NCBI GenBank assembly: GCA_050952625.1
Contig: JBMNLH010000007.1
Location: 85,165 to 149,164, forward strand
Direction of reading: 5' to 3'
Origin: Bacillota bacterium
Lineage (GTDB): Bacteria; Bacillota; Ch66; Ch109
Length of the DNA stretch: 64,000 nt
The position numbers were made by a program, and so were the translations under genes. A model generated the notes under the pieces. That model worked only from the letters and a program-made list of their open reading frames with translations, was not told the origin of the DNA and ran no database searches. Shown piece by piece: positions 62,045 to 64,000 of this stretch. Position 1 is the first letter of the stretch; every line of letters begins with the position of its first letter.

Positions 62045-62836
62045 TTAATACTGATTGCCCCGCACATCGACTCCTCTAGTTACACCTCCAGCGAGTTGGT
62101 AGCCACCAACATCAGCTTGACCAATAGCTGAATGTTTATAACCCTTAAGAAATGGGTGGGTTACATAATGACTTCCAATAGATTTGCCATAATAGTAATA
62201 CGGTCCTTTTTCGGACCAAGATATTTCAGTTTTTGCTTGGTCAGAGCCTATAGTGAAGTTAAGTCCACCTGTACCTATAGTTCCTTCCCAGTAACCATAG
62301 GTTACTGTAATCGTATCCTTGATATTATATAGTCTATTCCAATTGGCATAAGGGCCATCCTCCTGAAACCATTGGACAGCCCCGTTTCCTGACGCGTCTA
62401 CCCTAGTTTTATTTGTATTGTACGTTACTCCAGTATTAATCATTGTTTCTAAATAACCGTTTTCTTGAACTGGTAATCTGACTACTCCAAGCTTATATAA
62501 TGGATAATAGGTTTGTGGATGATAAGATTGGCCAGTAAATTCAGCTGCCTTTTTAAGAAAACGCTCTTTGTCTTGTTCATTTTTTACATTTTTTGAATAA
62601 GTGAATGAGAAAGTACCATTACCAAAATCATCTAAGATTTCAAAGTCCGGATCAGCTTTTATTCTGTTATATTTCTCCATAACCTTCTTCTGATTTGCCT
62701 CGAACACAAGATCAGCTTGTTTGTTTTCCAACTCTATGGGTTTATCGGATATAGAATCCGTGCAAGCTAGAGCTACTAAGGAAAACGACAACACTAAACT
62801 CATTGCTAAGATTTTAGAAATAACTTTTTTTCTCAT
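62045..62836 (-). CDS. Secreted hypothetical protein
   Basis: Signal peptide, charged N-terminal region, Gly/Tyr/Thr-rich C-terminal domain. Confidence 0.7.
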   Translation of the reverse strand: MRKKVISKILAMSLVLSFSLVALACTDSISDKPIELENKQADLVFEANQKKVMEKYNRIKADPDFEILDDFGNGTFSFTYSKNVKNEQDKERFLKKAAEFTGQSYHPQTYYPLYKLGVVRLPVQENGYLETMINTGVTYNTNKTRVDASGNGAVQWFQEDGPYANWNRLYNIKDTITVTYGYWEGTIGTGGLNFTIGSDQAKTEISWSEKGPYYYYGKSIGSHYVTHPFLKGYKHSAIGQADVGGYQLAGGVTRGVDVRGNQY

Positions 62837-62962
62837 TTACGATCCTCCTACTTAATTAAATTACATTATTACTTTGTAGTAAAATCGTAGAACTACGAGA
62901 AATACAACTCTCCTTCTAAGATACTACAAATGGATTAACCAGTAATCCGAAGATCAGATACC

Positions 62963-63709
62963 TCATATTGAATAATAATAAATAGCGCCGCCGGGAGGGG
63001 TTATTTTTATTGTTTTATTATTAATTATTTCAATATCCCCAAATTGAGCGTCGATAGCGGTTTTCTTTTGAAGTTTTTTATTCCTATCTATTATAGTAAC
63101 AATCAGCTTCCTTGATTCACCCTTCAAATCATCAATATAAAATGCAAAAGTCTGTTCGTCGTCAGAGACAGCGAGTTTGTCGAGGATTGATTCTCCCTGT
63201 TGAGTTTCAAAATAAATATGCCCTTCATTATTAATGATTTTACTAAGCACCTGCCCCCCATAATGGGGTGAGCCCTCGATATAATATAACCTATCCTTAT
63301 TCTTATTCCAGGTAAAGCCTATACCATAGTACTTGCCGATAATTTCTCTCTTTTGGACATCTATTAATATATAAACCTCCAGAGAAGGGTTAACGTGACC
63401 GTGGACAGCGTATCGGGTGTTATCCAACCATTCAGTATTTTCAATATTGGTATAAAAAATATCCTCTAAAGCAATCAATCCCTCAAACCTGTCCTGCCTT
63501 TTTATTAATACAGAATCAAATAAATATCCATTTTCCCTCATCACCTCAGCACTAACCTCTCCATTAGAGGACTTGGAGTAATGGTTCGGACTGGCGTAAT
63601 TGTTTAGAAATTCGGAACCTTTTTCTACCTTAATTTCGTTTTTTATGTTGGCATAAACAACGGAAAAACTAATAATAGCAATTAAAAATATAACCCATAT
63701 TCTTATCAT
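62963..63709 (-). CDS. Secreted hypothetical protein, partial beta-propeller-like
   Basis: Signal peptide; EWLDN, GHVNPS, FTWN, LAVSDD repeats. Confidence 0.65.
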   Translation of the reverse strand: MIRIWVIFLIAIISFSVVYANIKNEIKVEKGSEFLNNYASPNHYSKSSNGEVSAEVMRENGYLFDSVLIKRQDRFEGLIALEDIFYTNIENTEWLDNTRYAVHGHVNPSLEVYILIDVQKREIIGKYYGIGFTWNKNKDRLYYIEGSPHYGGQVLSKIINNEGHIYFETQQGESILDKLAVSDDEQTFAFYIDDLKGESRKLIVTIIDRNKKLQKKTAIDAQFGDIEIINNKTIKITPPGGAIYYYSI

Positions 63710-63789
63710 GTCACCCTAAACCCTTCTAGGTAGTTTACCATGTTGGTTGTTTTTAAATGTTAGTGCTCGGCCAAACCCGATTCCGCGGA

Positions 63790-64000
63790 AATCTTGGGCT
63801 CTGGCAACGTGTCCGGTTAAGTTAAGTACTTCGCTTTTTTGGAGGATTCGATCCAAAATAGCCGTCGTGATGGCTGGATCGCCCAAGATCTTTCCCCATT
63901 CTTCCGGACCTTTGTTGGAGGTAATGATAAGCGAAGTTTGACCGTAGAACTTGTTGACTAACTGAAAGAAGAGGTTAGCTTCATGGCGATCGATGGCCAT
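63790..64000 (-). mobile_element. IS21-family IstB ATPase fragment (window edge, 3'-truncated)
   Basis: ANLFFQLVNKFY..TSLIITSNK..EEWG..LGD..ITTAILDRI; lacks the usual G.SYR ending. Confidence 0.88.

Noticed and set aside
1-64000. tRNA, rRNA, cas genes, integrase or prophage genes
   Set aside because: None recognised by eye; tRNAscan and HMM searches were not run

Overview
Window from a spore-forming, Clostridia-like Firmicute (inferred from spoIIE, a T-box, fhs and sigma-A promoters). Positions 1-38.6 kb are mostly core genes: aroF with a T-box leader, a TetR/PaaI/amidohydrolase cluster, a soluble MCP, nadABC, panBCD plus DUF2520, folBK, folP, fhs, ndk, ftsH, tilS, spoIIE, topB and helD. This part also carries several dispersed palindromic repeat families, a two-repeat CRISPR-like mini-array inside the aroF leader, and a small Doc/AbrB toxin-antitoxin islet between duplicated gene ends. 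Positions 38.7-64 kb are an IS-riddled accessory region built on a ~3.8-kb cassette: ECF sigma, DUF4367-type anti-sigma, secreted protein A, secreted variable protein B, NTF2-like partner C, then a conserved terminator/end. The cassette occurs in two near-complete and two partial copies, plus a divergent B/C pair preceded by the same candidate ECF promoter motif (TGTTGCAwAAAC-N9-TTGTCTTTT). This polymorphic secreted-pair module is the best candidate for an undescribed system. All assignments are by eye; no database searches were run.
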